The notes: generated from the sequence alone by a model not told the origin. A stretch of DNA of 63,466 bases, filler included, from Albugo candida (GCA_040437565.1; 40 parts of 40 records of this genome joined end to end with filler, not necessarily neighbours in it), one strand, 5' to 3'; shown: positions 48,490 through 60,524, counted from the whole stretch's first letter. Translations and numbers: made by a program.

Positions 48490-48962
48490 AGTTGTCTCCT
48501 TCAACTTCAATGACATCTACAATGGACTATCCTTGCACCCATCTTTTCGTCACCAAGTAATACCGCTGTCTGCTGATGATTTTGATCAGCATTGGTGAAT
48601 GGTACAACCAATGCCAGTTAATATTGAGGGTGGGACCATGCCAATTGGCATTGAGATAGTATTGAAGAGGATGAATCATGGGTATGGGAATGCTTCCAAT
48701 CATCGTAAGCGTGCGCTGCTAGACTATGTATTTGGCAGTCAAAGACACAGAAACTCGCAATCCTGTGCAAGTGCGCACGCGTGGTAGGCCATAGAGCTCA
48801 AGGCAGGGACTTTCATCGAATTTTGAGCATGCTAGCGCTGCTTTGGATGCTCCTGTGCATCGCCGAAGATGTCGAAAATGCCAAAAGACAGGTCACAATG
48901 CCAGAACCTGCCGTCAAGAAGCAACAGCAGCACCAACAGCACCAGTAACACTGCAACAGTAG
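48490..48962 (+). pseudogene. Decayed MULE transposase C-terminus (SWIM-like remnant + CCHC knuckle)
   Basis: PCTH...LSADDFDQHW; VRTRGRP*...SNFEH...CRKCQKTGHNARTC with internal stops. Confidence 0.75.
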
Positions 48963-49049
48963 ATTTAGATACAGACTTAGATTAAGTAGTACAAAATTTG
49001 CAGAAACCGAGATGTTTTTGATATTATTGTTTCCATTTCGTTGCATTTA

Positions 49050-49233
49050 TTCAGACGAATCAGAGGTCACGAGTTTTATAAATTTATGAATGGTGCGGGC
49101 TGATTAACGATTCCGTAATTCATTTTTATTTATTCTCTTATATTTGTTCAAACCAAACAGAGGCCACAATTGCCATTAATTTATGGAGGCTGAGTGCTGA
49201 TCACAGAAAAGTGAGTGCTGAATAACGATTCCC
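49050..49233. repeat. MULE TIR, downstream end, same family as 11995..12266
   Basis: Same subrepeats; identical terminal GCTGAATAACGATTCCC. Confidence 0.8.
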
Positions 49234-49963
49234 GTTGTTATATTGTTATATTCACTCCTTTTTCACTCCCTTTAAGTCAGGTGACCAGAAAAGTTATATT
49301 GACTTGCTTCTGCTTAAAATTCACTCCCGTCTACGTGATGTACTCTTAAGATAAGAGAACTTTTTGCCTTCTCCGCGTCTTACCTTCCACCAACTTGAAC
49401 TATGCATAGTGAGAATGGTACTGTATCGAGAGCGCTCATTGTAGCAAGGCAGTCGTGATAGAACAGAGGCAAATCGTAACTGACGCAACCGACTTGTCTT
49501 CGACATCAATATTGGAGGGTTTGCTCCCGCCGCGCGACAACGGTATGTAAAGAGATGCTGAAAGTCACGTAATAATAGAACTCTGACGAGCAGCAAATGC
49601 CACACTTTTCCGCTTAGCTTACGCGATTAACCCTCCAGGCATTCAAGAGGCCGAATATGGTAGCCGTGAAGAATTGCTTTCCNNNNNNNNNNNNNNNNNN
49701 NNNNNNNNNNNNNNNNNNNNNNNNNNTTAATTAATTAANNNNNNNNNNNNNNNNNNNNNNNNNNNNNNNNNNNNNNNNNNNNCTTTTTTCTGACCGATTA
49801 ATTATTATATTTCTTTATTATTACTTCTGATATTATCGAATCAAACATTTTTTTTAATCAGGTTTCATTACTTACAAAAAAACCTCTGAAATTTATTGTT
49901 TATTTATTTATGCACTACACTATACAAATTTTTTTTCTTATATTATTTTCACTTACCTCTATC

Positions 49964-51233
49964 ATGGCTCCAACAAGAAAATCTGCTCGTACTCTTTCTA
50001 AGGGTAAAGGGAAAGCTCGTGAAACCAACGCAACTGATTCTACTCTTAATACTGGTGAAAAGTCAACTATTGCTTTTGGAGACGTTGAAGTCACTTTGGA
50101 GAGTCCTACTGATAAGGCTGGTGAAAAGGTTGATGGTATTGAAAGTGGTGCTACTATTTTGAATGATGGTATGGCGGCAGTTAACATTCACGATCACGTA
50201 GATCACGATGAAGATGTTCTCATGCTTGGTACGGACTCGGAGTTGAGTTCTGGTGGTTCTGATTTGTCTGATCAAATCATGGATACTGATACTGTTACGG
50301 AGGTGGAACAAACCGAACCCTCTCAACCAAGAACTGAAATGGTTAATGCACCTATCAATCATGCTGAAGATGACGAAAATTCTCTTGCTTCGGTGAAACA
50401 CAACATTTCGGTATATCAAACAATCATTGCTCAGCTAACATCAAAACTGGTCATTCTAAATGCTGAAAATTCGAATCAAGCTGGTGTTGTACGTACTACA
50501 CTTAACGAATACATCTCTGACTTGGCTAACTTGAATAAGGTTGTGGAACTAATGGAAAATCGTCACGTTAAGAAGGTTGGATCGTCAAGCAAAGTACCTG
50601 TTAATTTACCGAAATTACAGTGGACCGGACGTGTATTTGACAAGAATGCTGAAGTTTATGCTGATGTGAATGATGCGCTTAGAAAATTCAAGGATGTTAT
50701 GTTTATGCACAATCTGGATCACAACCATCATTGGCGCCGTTTGTTACCTGGGGTTATCAGCCAACATCAGAGGGATACCTTGGAGGAATTGCCGACTGGT
50801 TATTTGTCGTGGAATGATTTCTGTCGCTACTTTTTGCAAGCTTTTGGTACTGATGTTGATGAAGAACGTACTTTGGCATGTAATGAACTCTTGGAAATCA
50901 AGATGGGCGATGATGAGAATATTGACAATTATGTGGATCGTTTCCATTCGTTAAAGCGTAAGGCTGGTATTACCGATAATTCTCTTTTGGCTGGTCGTTT
51001 TGTGCTTGGTTTAACGGATGAACTAACGAAGCTCGTAAATATCGCCACTACTGGTTGGTCTCCACGTAAGAAAACGTCCATTACTTGGGTAATGCGGGCT
51101 GCTAAGAGCATTTATCTTAAGGTTATCAAGAACAAGAGGTCTGCTGTAGTTAAAGGATCTTCGTCTGGTGCTATGTCTTCATCTAGATACGCTTCTAGGG
51201 AATGGAATAACTTTGCTCGGGCAAATGGTAATA
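49964..51233 (+). mobile_element. Ty3/Gypsy gag-like ORF, 3' partial
   Basis: VPVNLPKLQW...WRRLLP...SWNDF...F...LLEIKMGDDENIDNYVDRF..L...AG...RFVLGL (retrotransposon Gag major-homology-like region). Confidence 0.8.
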
Positions 51234-51333
51234 NNNNNNNNNNNNNNNNNNNNNNNNNNNNNNNNNNNNNNNNNNNNTTAATTAATTAANNNNNNNNNNN
51301 NNNNNNNNNNNNNNNNNNNNNNNNNNNNNNNNN

Positions 51334-51742
51334 CAGCAATGAGATGCAGATTTTCATAGTGAGGACAGCGTACGAGCACGACGCCGTGAAAGTAGGCGTG
51401 TTTGCTAAGCGTTTTGGCAGATCTAGTCTCACACACTAAGTACAAAAGTGTTAGTCGGAATGCTAAGAACGGCGTTTGATTACCTTTGCATGTATAGAGC
51501 ATGACGAATTTCTCTCCAGGTGACGAGACGCCAGGAATGGCAGGATTCTGATCAGTTTCACGTACAGGAGTAGATGTACCTTTGGCGCTAAAGCATCGAC
51601 TGCCGAGCTGCCGTTTTGTTTTGAATGATGCACATGGTGTTGGATACAGCGAAAAGCGGCTTTGAAAAAGAAGTTGCTGCACGTCTCGACGGTTTGATTG
51701 TAGTCGTTTGGATGCAGCGAGCAAAAGATGTCGTCTGTACAT
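51334..51742 (-). CDS. DNLZ: Mitochondrial DNL zinc-finger Hsp70 escort protein (Zim17/Hep1), intron 51436..51483, 3' partial
   Basis: Arg/Ser-rich presequence; MLYTCK|VCETRSAK.LSK.AY..GVVLVRCP...NLHLIA. Confidence 0.9.
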
Positions 51743-52004
51743 CCTCCACTCTGCTGATTGGCAACGAGCAAGAAATTGTATATTTATAGTACGTTGAGCA
51801 TTCTTTTGTAAGCGAATGCAATAGATTAGATCAGGATTGTAATATCAGAAGATTACAGTGCTAGACAACTATTTATGCAAAAGGATAGTGCTAGCAGATA
51901 TTGGTCATAAATACAAAGAATGAAGCATGTACTGCCTACAGATAGAAATCTATTTGCTAAAAGCATTCTTTTACTACGGCAATATAACCAATAGCTATAT
52001 ACTT

Positions 52005-52782
52005 TTACATCCTGGATGACGTAGTCCACATCCTTTTACCAATGACACATCCAATTGCAACAGCAGCGACAATTAGCGGTACAAATCGTCCTTCCGGGCT
52101 GCCAGCTGCGATAACCGCAAAACTCTGCATTCGTCTAAGCACTGACCGGAACTTGGAAGGGATACCATTATGCTCGGATGACGAAGTCTTCTCGATATAC
52201 TGTTTGACAGCTTGACAGGAATTCTCCAACACCGTCATAGAAGTCGGTAATCTCTCTAAGCGTTCCAGTATTGGATGTTGTTCGACCGCTGCCTCACTCA
52301 ACTGTAATGCATCACAAACAGTGGGAAGGAATTTTCCATAATGAGCAGTGCCCACAATAATAACAGCCGATGATCCAGAGGTCCCGGCATCGATCCCCTG
52401 CAAGTGCAATTCAGCGGCATTGACGGCAACCGCAGTATGTGGGTCAAAAATATACGAGTGCTTTTTGTGGTAATGCGCAATGGTTTCGCGCACAGTGCTT
52501 TCCATTACCGTGTACGCTTTCATCTCACGCTGTGCCCGGTCCAAAAGCGGTCCAGTCACCGTTAATTGGCCGGTTTCTTCGAAATGATTCATCCATTGAG
52601 TGAGTATGGTGGCATCTTCGTCGCATAAAGCGAATAAATACCGTTCGAAATTGCTAGAGACGCAGATATCCATAGAAGGTGTATTGGTGTGGATGATTGG
52701 ATATCGGTGATATTTTCCGTCTCTGAAGAATCGATACAAAATATCATTCTCATTGGTGGCGACAATCAACTCGATGGGAAGA
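52005..52782 (-). CDS. thrC: Threonine synthase, C-terminal part, with a hydrophobic C-terminal extension
   Basis: LPI.LIVATNENDILYRFF..G...TPSMDICVSSNFERYLF...YIFDPHTAV...TAHYGKF. Confidence 0.92.
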
Positions 52783-52884
52783 NNNNNNNNNNNNNNNNNN
52801 NNNNNNNNNNNNNNNNNNNNNNNNNNTTAATTAATTAANNNNNNNNNNNNNNNNNNNNNNNNNNNNNNNNNNNNNNNNNNNNAT

Positions 52885-53263
52885 GCGACCACGTGGAATT
52901 TACAGCGCACCTTTCACTACGACTATATTGAAAAACACGGGTTTCTCCACCCACTAAGTCACTATGAAGTACGATTCTATTATCACGAAAGGTGGCAGCA
53001 TATCACCTTATACAGGGAGGCACTTGCTACCAAAGTTCTATTTGCGTTTCAATCTGATGATAATACTCAGGGTCCGCTTCCATTTACACAAAGTAGATAT
53101 AAAGCACAGATCATAAATGCCAGCGTATCAATTCTAACGAGGTGTAGCATACTACCGGATTTCTGCGCAACGTTGTCGCCATACCCAATCCTTAATGAGC
53201 GGTTCCATGCCCACAAAGTCCGTATGAAGTACCATTTTGAATTTCAAACGTTGCCAGTTTTAT
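52885..53263 (+). CDS. 3' end of an unknown ORF (about 126 open codons, not in the ORF track because it lacks a start)
   Basis: Frame open from the contig edge: ATTWNLQRTFHYDYIEKHG...HFEFQTLPVL*. Confidence 0.5.
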
Positions 53264-53459
53264 AAAGTTGTTCGGGTGGAGACCACCTTATCGGAAGGGT
53301 GCCCGTTGTCTGTACCCAAGGATGAATTTGAATCGAAAGTTATCATCCCACCTTCAGAAAACTTCCCTAAAGCATCATTTCCATGTTAAATACGGTCGTG
53401 ATGTATCCAAAGGATCAAACTTTTTCATTCTTCAAAAAGCGCTTCACACAACACAAGAA

Positions 53460-54317
53460 ATGAAATATCACCATTTGAAAGCGTATGGACTTGCTGTGAT
53501 TGGAGTATTCCACGCTTATGCCCCATTTTTGAGTGGGAACTTTGTGAGATTGGTCGAGGTATCCTCGACTAAACCTGGGAGCATGAGTGCAAGGATCACC
53601 GAGCTGAAGCTACATTCTAATTCTGACTGGGTCAAGCACATAGGACTAGATGTTGAAATTTCGCCTGCTTTGGCTTTTATGAATGACGGAATTTTGGAAA
53701 ATCCACAATCCACGAAGTCCTTATATTATTACCTGAATCTCAAGATTGATCGTGTCAAATCGACAATAAGAGAAAGTGGTAAGAAAGAAGAAAAAAACAT
53801 GAATGAAAAATGTTACGTTGAGGAAGTACTGGATGGCCGTACATATTGTACAGGCTGGAAGCTAACATGGGATTATCTGGTGGAATTAACCGATAACGGG
53901 AAGTTACACCATTTTCCGTCGACGAGTATGGACGTCGATTTCTACATGAGCAAATATAGTGGGTCTTACTTCATAAAAGCTACGAAATCTCAGGGGCATT
54001 ATTTGCACTTGATCCAATACAAGGAACAAGGTCCAAATATGGAGATTAAAGCATCAGAATTCTCTTTTGAGGTTCCAAATCTCGTATTTTTCGAAAGACC
54101 CCATAATGGTCAGATTGTAAAGCTTCAGCTTGGTAATGAAGCCACGAAAGTTCCCCCTGCTATCTTCAATGAAATCGGTAGAATGATACCTAGATTTACA
54201 ATTGGTAGCGATGGTCGCTATCATGGACTTTGCACAGAAATCATCGAAGGCGTTATACCGACTCCTCTTCTCGACTTAATTATGAAGTTTGAATCTGAAG
54301 AAAGAGAACTAAGCGTA
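53460..54317 (+). CDS. Candidate secreted/effector-like protein of unknown family, 3' partial
   Basis: MKYHHLKAYGLAVIGVFHAYAPFLSG resembles a signal peptide; oomycete Inr-like TCATTCTT 35 nt upstream; intronless. Confidence 0.6.
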
Positions 54318-56999
54318 NNNNNNNNNNNNNNNNNNNNNNNNNNNNNNNNNNNNNNNNNNNNTTAATTAATTAANNNNNNNNNNNNNNNNNNNNNNNNNNN
54401 NNNNNNNNNNNNNNNNNCAAACACATTTTATTGTCAAATTGATAACTAGTCTCAAAGATCGAGAATAAAGGTCCTTTTTTTGTATTCGGAGCCGTTTTGT
54501 AATTCATCATCGCTCTTCGAACGCAGTTCTGTTTTTGCATTACCGAACTTGGCAATACATCACTCAAACAGACCGAAACAACAATCAGCTGTTACGCACG
54601 TTAAGTCAAATGGCCGTTGTGGTCGTCACGCTCTGTCAAAAACGCTTCGTGAATTGGTCCGACTAAATTGTGGTCAATATTTCTCTTATATCCAGCTGTT
54701 TTCCTACGTTACTACAAGCGGTCGAAGACAAGTTTACGGAGTTAGAAATTGGAGACATTGACTTACTGCGACTATTGATTAGTACATACGAACCAATAAG
54801 CCACGCTTGACTACAAACCATCGCTTGTGTATCAATTGAGCGGAAAATGCTACAAATTAGTGGCTAGAGCACTTGGGTTAATCCAATCCCTCTATCAACA
54901 GTAGTCAATTAGCGCTAATATACGCGAAACATTGCTGAAAGCAGTGTTTCTGCATTTGTAAACAAAAGATAAAGATCAATGATCACGAAGCCGTACGAGA
55001 ATTCGGTCGTGTTCTATATGATCACCTAAAAAACGAGTTACACGCTTACATGCGTTGAAAGCGGTTGCTAGCGTTTCGCAGCGTATCGACATATTAGCGA
55101 CTCGAAGTGCCGTGGTAAAGCGTGTTGACGCTTTTACTCCGGCAGTAATCGCGAACGGTAAAGCAAATCTTGTCGTAGACATAAACACTAGCGATTTGCT
55201 CTCAAGGTGCAGAATTGGATCAAGGAATGGATCATAACGTTGAATGAAGTGTGCATGCTATTAAGTGGCTCGAATTTCTAATCATGTCGTTAGACGATTA
55301 GATTGGTGCGGGCGATATCACTGACGACCTCATTTTATTTGAATGATATAAAGATAAGATTATGGTAAGGTTTTTGTAGCCGACTAAGAAATCTTATTTC
55401 AAGGTAAAGATCTGAACGCGTTGAAGCAATATTCCACTTAAATTGCAAAGTTGTTAGTAATAATTCTTTTTGGTTCACAAGACCCGTCCAAGTAGACAAC
55501 GAATTATATGCGGTAGCCTTGTGTGCAGATTGCTCGGATTTTTCATTCGATCGCTTAAATGTGACACAAAGATTCAGTAGAATCTGGTTGCAGCTCACGA
55601 TCCGCCCGATGAAAAGCAAATGAATCTGGCGTTATATTGCATTGGTAAAGCGAGTCCTTTGAGGGAACGATCTACAATCAAAAGCAAAAAAATGAAAGCA
55701 CAGCAGGATTCATACTCGGTGATTGATTAGCAACATTATCTACGTTCCATAGACCTGATATACCAAATTGGAGTGAGAGATGAGCGCACGTATACCATGC
55801 TTTGTGCACCGCGTCAAGCAATTGGGGGAGTAGTTCAAATCAGTACTGGATANNNNNNNNNNNNNNNNNNNNNNNNNNNNNNNNNNNNNNNNNNNNTTAA
55901 TTAATTAANNNNNNNNNNNNNNNNNNNNNNNNNNNNNNNNNNNNNNNNNNNNATACAACTGAATTTGGTCTCTTCAGACTACAATCTCTGTTTAGTCTCT
56001 CAAAAAGATCCTCTTCTGGGGCCCGAAACTGATTACGTCTTTGATTGAAAAAAAGAAACCAAAAGCCAAGTACTGGATTGATGTAAGATTCTTTTAATTC
56101 GTGCTCATTCGATTTTGATTTGATTTTTGGTAGTAGGTAGCGTAATGATCCTAAGCAGTTAAAAAAATAGATGATGAGTTTCTCTTCTCTTATTTTAAAA
56201 AAATACTAGTGTATGAGTTAAATACTTACAATAATTTTATAAGCCGAATTGTAGGCTTATCATTCTCTTCAATCGTTTCTATTTCCAGAAAGGTCTTTTT
56301 TTTTCAATATTATTAACACCATGCAAATCTTATCGATTGTTAATAGAGGCACGAATCCCAGACCCTCATAGTTAACTTAGTTCAATAGCTTCCATAATAT
56401 CAACCATCACTGGTAATTTTAATATATCACCAAAATCCCTGTATTCATTTTGATCACAAGTAAATTGTCAGCAGCACCAAATACATTAATAAGATTTATG
56501 TTATAGGTACTAGGATCAAGAAATAGCATATGTGATAATGACCTATGTGTATTTGTTAATTAACATATGCTTTGTATTTAAAGTACAAAAGAACACTCAC
56601 AGTAATTCATTAAATGCATCTTTGAAAAGTACTACTTTTTCTTCTTTTAACAAATCAATGCTGTTTCCTTTAAATTCAATGAAAAACGACGTAAAGTCAA
56701 TCGAACCATTGGTAATACTATTAGACTTGTTGACATCTAAACCTACCTTTTGTTAACGAAAAAGAGAAACTACAAATCAAAAAATGATGTTATTTTCTTT
56801 TAACAATAGTAGTGTGATTAGTTATATGGTCGATTACCATCTCAAGAGCTAAAAAGAGAGGCTATGTATTAATAGAATGGTTAATTTTTGGTTATAGTGT
56901 CATTTGAATTGTCTATATGAACTTACAAAAACTACGTCCGTTTCATTATCATCATTAATCTCGCTCTTCATTTCTTCATACACAATGTTAAAGGTCTTG

Positions 57000-57377
57000 T
57001 TAAATAATGCTGGCCCGTTTCTTAACCCCTTCAATTCCTTCTTCTTCAACCTGTTTTTTTAAAAGAGTTTCATTGTGATTCATAATGAAATTGAGTAACT
57101 CGGAAAACTCCAAACAATCCAAGATGTAAGCACGCAACTTTGCAAAGGGTTTGTTCTTTAATTGCAGGTTGTATAAGTGTTCCAGTACTGTCGCTAATGC
57201 TTGACTACCTGTTGCGCTGGTGTTTTGATAGCCGCTGAAAAAGCCATCAACCAATTTTTCAAGGTCGCTCCAAAGAACTGCTTGCAGATTTGTGAATACC
57301 ATGTCAATCTTGAGCATCTCGCCTTGTCTAGTATTGAATTTGCTGGAATGTAACAATAAGCAACCCTTGGTCTTGAA
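57000..57377 (-). CDS. Fragment of a hypothetical protein, probably spliced or decayed
   Basis: 118-aa ORF with protein-like composition in AT-rich DNA; no recognised domain. Confidence 0.3.
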   Translation of the reverse strand, partial: FKTKGCLLLHSSKFNTRQGEMLKIDMVFTNLQAVLWSDLEKLVDGFFSGYQNTSATGSQALATVLEHLYNLQLKNKPFAKLRAYILDCLEFSELLNFIMNHNETLLKKQVEEEGIEGVKKRASII

Positions 57378-57732
57378 NNNNNNNNNNNNNNNNNNNNNNN
57401 NNNNNNNNNNNNNNNNNNNNNTTAATTAATTAANNNNNNNNNNNNNNNNNNNNNNNNNNNNNNNNNNNNNNNNNNNNTGGCGTGGCTGGCGCTGCTGCTT
57501 TGTCGTATAATTTCACCCCCACTGAAATCCATGAGATTCACCGTACTACTTGGGTTCATTTTCTTAATTCACTTGCTTCAGACCCAGAGGTCAACTTTTT
57601 AAAAGGTTTGACCAATGAAGGGTTCAAAATTTTAAACAAATAAATAAAATTTATCTATTACAACATCATTCTACAGTGTGATTATAACTTCTCATAGACC
57701 CAGTCAATTAAATACTGCTCCTAAAAAATCTG

Positions 57733-57843
57733 TAGTCGGACTGATTCGTCGAACTACAAAATACTCAGACTTATTCGTCGGACTAGAAAATGGTCGGACT
57801 AGGAAAAGTCGGACTAGAATAAGTCGAACTAAAAAGTCGGACA
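57733..57843. repeat. Cluster of GTCG(G/A)ACT motifs (about 8 copies)
   Basis: agtcggact, cgtcgaact, cgtcggact, ggtcggact, agtcggact, agtcgaact, agtcggaca. Confidence 0.8.
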
Positions 57844-57854
57844 ATCTTAAGAAC

Positions 57855-58352
57855 GTGATCCAACCACACAAATTTGCGATTCACCACAAAAACGCGATCT
57901 ACACACACAAAAATGCGATCCACTTGTTTACACTATAAATACCTGCGCGATGCACCGCACAAACGCGATTTACCAACGCAAAAAACGGGTTCCAATAACT
58001 GAGTCACCCTAGCGCACAAGTAGAGTTGGTAGATTGCGCTTGTGTGATGGATCGCAAATTTGGGCGAGCGGATCGTGCAAGTATTTATAGTGTAAACAAC
58101 TAGATCGCAAATTTGTGTGGGTGGATCGCGCACGGATTTGTGTAAACAAGTGGATCGCATTTTTGTGTGAGTGGATCGCGCAAGAATTTATAGTGTAAAC
58201 AAGTGGATCGCATTTTTGTGTTGGTGGATCGCGCACGTATTACAGTATTAATAAGTGGATCGACTTGTTTACGCTATAAATACGAGCGCGATCCACCCAC
58301 ACAAATTTGCGATCCACCACATAAATGCGGCCTACCCACATAAATTTGCGCC
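57855..58352. repeat. Modular GCGATCCAC repeat array in three blocks of alternating orientation (foldback/MITE-like)
   Basis: Forward block ~57855..57985, reverse ~58030..58262, forward ~58262..58352; higher-order unit ~55-58 nt including CTTGTTTACACTATAAAT. Confidence 0.85.
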
Positions 58353-59001
58353 GTCATGAAGGCAAACCATATCTTCTACACCAATCAAAATACTGGAATA
58401 TTAATCAATAATTCTAACGTCTCAGTGTTGGTGTTCGCATGTTATAAAACAAGATCATACGTATTATATTTGAATTGTACTCAAACGGTCGTTGTCTAAT
58501 AAAGCAATAGCCGGGAAGAAAAAAATGAAGCTTGATTTATTTATTTTTAATTTAATTTTTAAATCAAACTGTAGGATATACTTATCTTATTTGTCATAGG
58601 TCATTTCGGATGGGACAGAGGACAATATCTCGACGTGTGACCATTATGAATTTTGGTAAAACTCCTAATTATCTGGTTAGTGAGCATTCATACTTTCGCA
58701 AGTTCAAAATAGTTTGTGACAAAAAAATCTATACTTAACTACAAGCTCTTTGGCCTATGTTTGAAATTGTAGCTATGGTCAAGGGTTAGCTGCCTGAAGA
58801 GAAATTTATAAATGCATATAACGCGGACGGAATGATTGTTGTGAATGGTTCCTTAGAAGTTTGCATCTTGGAGACTTTGAGAAAATATATGTTGAATGAT
58901 ANNNNNNNNNNNNNNNNNNNNNNNNNNNNNNNNNNNNNNNNNNNNTTAATTAATTAANNNNNNNNNNNNNNNNNNNNNNNNNNNNNNNNNNNNNNNNNNN
59001 N

Positions 59002-60054
59002 AATATGCTGCAAAGAGCTGCTGAAAAACGAACTGCTTTGCCCTTCTTCCACTTCAGATTCCTCGTCGGATTCACCACTATCAGAACCCTCTTCACAGTC
59101 TTCAGACGAAGTCGACAAAGAACGTCTTCTCTTCCCCAAAACAGTGTTGTTCACCTCTTCATCGCTTTCTTCGTCCCAAGTGTTGTAACCAACAGTTTCT
59201 CCATCCTGGAACTCCTCAGGGTTTCCCCCGACGTACTCAACCTCACGCTGATCACCTTCACCAGCTTCACCCTCACCAGCAGCGGCAACAACAGCTTCAC
59301 CATCACCAACAGTACCAGCAGCAACAGCACCAGCATCATCACCAACAGGTTGCTCGTTCTTCAAAATGCGAATGACATTCATAGGGCTCATGATTGAATT
59401 TCTTATCTTCAAGAGGACATTGTTGTAGTTGACCTGGAAGACGTAATTAGAGGCCCAGTGGTTTTCAGCTTTACCTACGCTAGTTCTTCCAGGGTCAATC
59501 ATTCTTTCTAACTTCATAAACAGTTCCTCACCAAGACGCAAATTAGACAACATGGCTTGTCTTTTCTTCACCTCTTTCCAAGGCATAGGAATGTCTCTTT
59601 CACCTAACATTAACGACTCCATTGTTGTCAATACCAAGCCTCTAGCAGCACCTTGGAAACTGGAATACTTGACTTTAGCTTCTTCATTCAATTCATCATT
59701 ACTTTTTGAACCATCCAGTTCTTGAAGACCCAACTGAAAAAGCATAACTACATCACCTTGTTTTACATCACCATTGCTTCCACCAGCAGCACGAGGAAGA
59801 TCAATTTCGGCTTGAGCTTTAGGATCCCAAGTAGTTTGAGAATTACGAACGAATTCGAGAGAAATAACCTCAGGGAGAACCCTTCCAGTACGAGAAGGCT
59901 CTTCATTACTAGCCAAACTATTGACTACTTCTCTGTAAGTCTCTTCAATGACTCTTGTTACAGTAGGACGGATAGCTCTGCTGATTCTGTTCATAGCATT
60001 GTCAACCAAAGTTTGGACGAAAGTTTCATTGAGACTAGCAGCAGTAGGATTCAT
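59002..60054 (-). CDS. Hypothetical protein of the same family as 241..1553 and 37578..38650, 3' partial
   Basis: About 350-aa ORF; PW...KLE...AENHWASNYVF core; acidic tail with LGKRRRS. Confidence 0.75.
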
Positions 60055-60231
60055 TTTGAGTGTTTTTTAGAGTTATAAGATTTTGAGAAAAATAATATAA
60101 AGTATATCGAGAGAGAAAATCCAATTTGCTTATATACTAAATTCTAACCATTTAGCTGAGTTGTTCTTTTTTTTTTTTTTGTAACTAAGAACTAAGTGAG
60201 TTGTTCTTTGAATATGATAATTAAAAAAAAG

Positions 60232-60333
60232 CTGACAATGAAATGCCATAAACTATCTGACAGTGAAATGCCATAAAAATATCTGACAATGAAATTCTAT
60301 AAAAACAATTCCGACAATGAAATACCATAAACT
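60232..60333. repeat. Four ~25-28 nt repeats TGACAATGAAATGCCATAAA upstream of the ORF (subterminal-repeat-like)
   Basis: Read directly; four diverged copies. Confidence 0.8.
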
Positions 60334-60524
60334 TTCAAAGCGTGAAGGACAAAACTACTGATACTCGATATTCTTTTTCTTTATAAAAAAATGTCTTTTT
60401 ATACACGTTATTTCTTAAAAAAAANNNNNNNNNNNNNNNNNNNNNNNNNNNNNNNNNNNNNNNNNNNNTTAATTAATTAANNNNNNNNNNNNNNNNNNNN
60501 NNNNNNNNNNNNNNNNNNNNNNNN

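Noticed and set aside
54418..55852. Short overlapping ORFs on this contig
   Set aside because: No domain signal or coding consistency.
55989..56050. Penelope-type hammerhead-like segment (...GGGGCCCGAAAC...GTC)
   Set aside because: The required CUGANGA core is missing (CTCAAAAAGA) and stem I is not contiguous.
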